From NCBI GenBank assembly GCA_030264375.1, contig JASCQW010000156.1, positions 24,090,829 through 24,154,828 on the forward strand: a stretch of DNA of 64,000 nucleotides, written 5' to 3'. A program made the position numbers and the translations under genes. Origin of the DNA: Carcharhinus longimanus. Lineage: Eukaryota. The notes under the pieces were generated by a model. The model was not told the origin of the DNA. It saw only the letters and a program-made list of their open reading frames with translations, and made no database searches. Below, piece after piece: positions 60,762 through 64,000 of the stretch (position 1 is its first letter; every line of letters begins with the position of its first letter).

Positions 60762-61754
60762 GTGCTTCAAGTCCCAAGAGTCTCACAAGCAAACGTCTCT
60801 TTCCAAAAGGCACTTCTACAACTTTTCCCTCACAGACACAACCCGGGAATTTTTGCGACAAATTAATTTAAGGACTGCCTCCACCCATTGGACCACATGA
60901 AATGCTTGCTCAACAGGCTAGCCAGGATATGAAGGGCCAAATGGCCTCTCTATCTGCGCTGTCTGATTTTAATCAGCAGCTTATTTCTCCCCCCACCATC
61001 TGACCCAGTGCACAGTTCCTGGTTACAGACAGAAAGGCGGTGAGATTGTGGGGAGGTCCATGGGGTTTCTCATTGCTGAGATTTGCTCTCTGGCATGGAA
61101 GTCAGAAACAACACAATTTACAACAAAGGCAATGGCCAGTCCCGTGTCTGGATCGAGGTGGGGTGGGGAGGGATGTCAGGGCAGATTGGAGAGTGAGTGG
61201 GCTCGAATAGGGACCGGCCGTAACAAGGAGAAGAAGCTCTACAATGTGACAGTGCACTGGCCCTTTCTAAGGAAAACCAGGCTGTGATGTGGAGATGTAA
61301 ACTGGGGTGATCAGGAAAGCACAGACTGAATGAGATGGCTGTGTCGCTGTTATGTCAGTGCTTGAAGGAATATACAGCATACGTTACAGGCTGGTTACAT
61401 ATTGCACAACTCACCAGGGAACTCATCACAGTGATTACTATCCAATAGAATAACCCAATAGGGTAGGCAACCGCTACCCCCCGCCTCACTCTCACTAAAC
61501 CCCCCTCCCCCCCAGAAACACAGGATCGCTGCCCCAAGCCTGGTGTTCAATCTCCCTTAGAACGTATACAATATACACAGAGAGATCTGCAAAAGCTTTA
61601 CACTAACCAGTTCCATTGTCTACCCTTCCTTACCAGGAACTGGAGCTGGATATTTATTCCATCTGGAATTCAAAATCACAGCACTAAATAATCAGGTTGT
61701 CGACATGGAGCTGGGTTCTCACCGCTCCCAGTCCGAGTTCTCCAAATTCTCAAA

Positions 61755-61880
61755 TAGAGAATAGAGCTAACGTTTCGTGTCTGGATGACCCTTCGTCAGT
61801 CCTGAAACATTTAGCTCTATTGTCTCTCCACAGATGCTGTCAGGCTGGCTGCGTTTTTCCAGCATTTTGTGTTTTTGTTG
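61755..61880. mobile_element. Penelope-like terminus, inverted arrangement, hammerhead-like core on - strand
   Basis: The - strand reads gaCTGACGAagggtcatccagacacGAAAcgttagctct. Confidence 0.6.
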
Positions 61881-62027
61881 GTGACTGAGGTTAGGAGTTG
61901 GCACAATGGGACGGCGGTGAGAAACAGCCATTACCACAGAGCTCCGTAAGACCCAAAAGCGATTGCTGTGTCCCTCCGTCCCAGCACTGGACAATGACCA
62001 GTCGAAGCGTTCCGCCTGCTACTGTCT

Positions 62028-62338
62028 TCATACAATCCCTACAGTGCAGGAGGAGGCCATTTGGCCCATCAAGTCTGCTCTGACCACAATCCCACCCAGG
62101 TTCTATCCCCATGACCCTATGCATTTACCCTAGCTAGTCTCCCTGACGCTAAGGGGCAATTTTTAGCAAGACCTAACCCACACATCTTTGGACTGTGGGA
62201 GGAAACCGGAGCACCCGGAGAAAACCCACACAGGCACGGGGAGAATGTGCAAACTCCACACAGACAGTGACCCAAGCCGGGAATCGAACCCAGGATCCTG
62301 GCGCTGTGAGGCAGCAGTGCTAACCACTGTGCCGCCCT
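62028..62338 (-). mobile_element. HE1-like V-SINE, well preserved
   Basis: Reverse complement of ggcggcacagtggttagcactgctgcctcacagcgccagg...gggttcgattcccggcttgggtcactgtctgtgtggagtttgcac. Confidence 0.88.
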
Positions 62339-63773
62339 GTTTTCTGATGGTTAGACGCCTGAGGTTAAAAAGAAATAAATAACTTTTGGTCTGAACTGTT
62401 TCCTGGACTAAAAGTTGCTCCATCCCAGATCCTGCCCCGAATGGATGAGGTGATTTGAGCAGGAGGGACGGTGCACTGAATGGCTTCCGAGAGTGTATAG
62501 GAAATGAATCCACGTCACGGATGCAATTAAGACACGTTTGTACAATTTGCGAGAAGCACTGCACCAAACTACAGTCACATGACAGGTCAGTGGCCAATCA
62601 GGAATGGAGCACAAGATCAGGACTCTCAATCCTATTGGATAGAACCAAGGACCCCCCACCCCCCCCACAGAAGACAGTGCAACAGGACAACAATCCCCCT
62701 TCCCTGATCCTGACCAAAATCGAGTGCCAATTCCAGAGTCAATCTTTTGACTTGCGTAAAAAATGGGCCCTTGACGTAAAAAATAAATCTCCTAGGAGGT
62801 GAACTTGTTGCTAATTATTTATCTTTGCCCCCCCCCGCCTCCCACACAAAAACAATTTTAAAACATAGATTTGGCAAAAGGTGTGCGGTTAAAAATCAAA
62901 CCCAATCAGATGGATCTTTGATTCATGGCCTTAATTGTAAGCCTGTCATAAACTGCTTCACCACATAAGCAGCGCGTTGCTGGGAGATCAGGCGGCCATT
63001 TTGCCTGATCTTCCATATTGGTTTATATTAGGACAGAAAGCGATGCTGTGAACCCTCTCAGCGAGGGTGGGGAAAGGGATGGGGAGGTGGAGTGGGGAGC
63101 AGCTCAGTTCAGTTCCTGGAGATTAGGGGGGGGGGAACTGCCACACCCCCAAACACAACCCCGAGCAAAACATTTCTTTTAAAATGTGAACTTTGTGTTG
63201 GGAGCTCAGAGTGCACATCAATCCCATTCCCGGGGTCCCCTCCTCTCCCCCACCTCACCCCAACCCCCACACCTCCGTCACTGGGAAACGTGTTCTCAAA
63301 GACCAATAATGGGAGTCCTAAAGCAACAGGACGCGATCTTCACTCGATGCAATTAAAAGACACATCAGTCGGCATTGTCTCATGCGCCTCTCCCGGAACA
63401 AGTTGATGCAAAAAAGTCTGCTGGTAAAATGCGCGTCTGAGGTGGTAACAGGAAGTGGCTCCAGCTCTGCCCACCCGAGTTGGTCATTATGGTCATCTCG
63501 AGTGTACTCTGGCTGCTCAGTAACCCTCGCCGTTAAACCACTTCATTAAGAATAAAAGGCAGTCAACCTTATCGGTCTTTGCTAAGATTTTGGAAGCCGG
63601 ATCCTCCAGTGTCACCAACCCATCCCCCCCCCNNNNNNNNNNNNNNNNNNNNNNNNNNNNNNNNNNNNNNNNNNNNNNNNNNNNNNNNNNNNNNNNNNNN
63701 NNNNNNNNNNNNNNNNNNNNNNNNNNNNNNNNCCCCACCCCACCAGCCCTGCATCCCCAATGGGACAGTGGCT

Positions 63774-63905
63774 TTACTTGAATGCCGACTGCAGCTCTTT
63801 GAAGGCCGCTTGCTTCTTCCGTTTCTGCTCAGCCTGTTTCTTCTTCTCCTCCTGCTCCTCCTTGATCTCCTGCTCGAATCGATTCGACTCATTAATGGCC
63901 AAGAG
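63774..63905 (-). CDS. EFHD2: EF-hand domain-containing protein D2 (swiprosin-1)-like, terminal coding exon (absent from the ORF track in this frame)
   Basis: Acceptor cttcctccgcag|CTC. Encodes LLAINESNRFEQEIKEEQEEKKKQAEQKRKKQAAFKELQSAFK*, matching the recalled EFHD2 coiled-coil C-terminus (VQAINVSSRFEEEIKAEQEERKKQAEEMKQRKAAFKELQSTFK) better than EFHD1. Confidence 0.88.
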   Translation of the reverse strand, partial: LLAINESNRFEQEIKEEQEEKKKQAEQKRKKQAAFKELQSAFK

Positions 63906-64000
63906 CTGCGGAGGAAGCACACCTTTCGTCATCAGGTCGGAGTGCCATACCCGCGGCTGTCCGGCGTCACACCACAGCCGGCTGGTAGCGGAAGCAGCCC

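Noticed and set aside
61355-61440. CAIC motif suggestive of a guanylin-type peptide
   Set aside because: The remaining cysteines (AC.GC) and the prohormone exons are absent.

Overview
Vertebrate genomic DNA with many N-gaps. The repeat complement (HE1-like V-SINEs, CR1, Rex1/Babar, Tx1 and Penelope-like retroelements) points to a cartilaginous fish, probably a shark. Two protein-coding genes lie tail-to-tail. On the + strand are the last four coding exons of FOXJ3 (5730-5831, 6524-6715, 10054-10158, 19075/19078-19208; C-terminus [13 protein letters not shown]), followed by a ~9 kb stretch nearly free of transposons that looks like a long 3' UTR. On the - strand is the last coding exon of an EFHD2/swiprosin-1-like gene (63774-63905). 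The ~29-58 kb interval is dense in decayed transposons but has a CpG-rich promoter-like patch (~46.7-47.0 kb) that can splice in frame onto an unrecognised codon-biased ORF at ~45.0-45.4 kb, a candidate uncharacterised gene. Other notable signals are minimal hammerhead-ribozyme-like cores in Penelope termini, SINE/LINE 3'-tail sharing including a probable tail-swapped SINE, a truncated U2 snRNA copy, two solo LTRs of one family, a MITE family and a NAGNAG acceptor. Gene identities come from recalled protein sequences and were not database-checked. Repeat boundaries are approximate. I found no evidence of a clearly novel multi-gene system.
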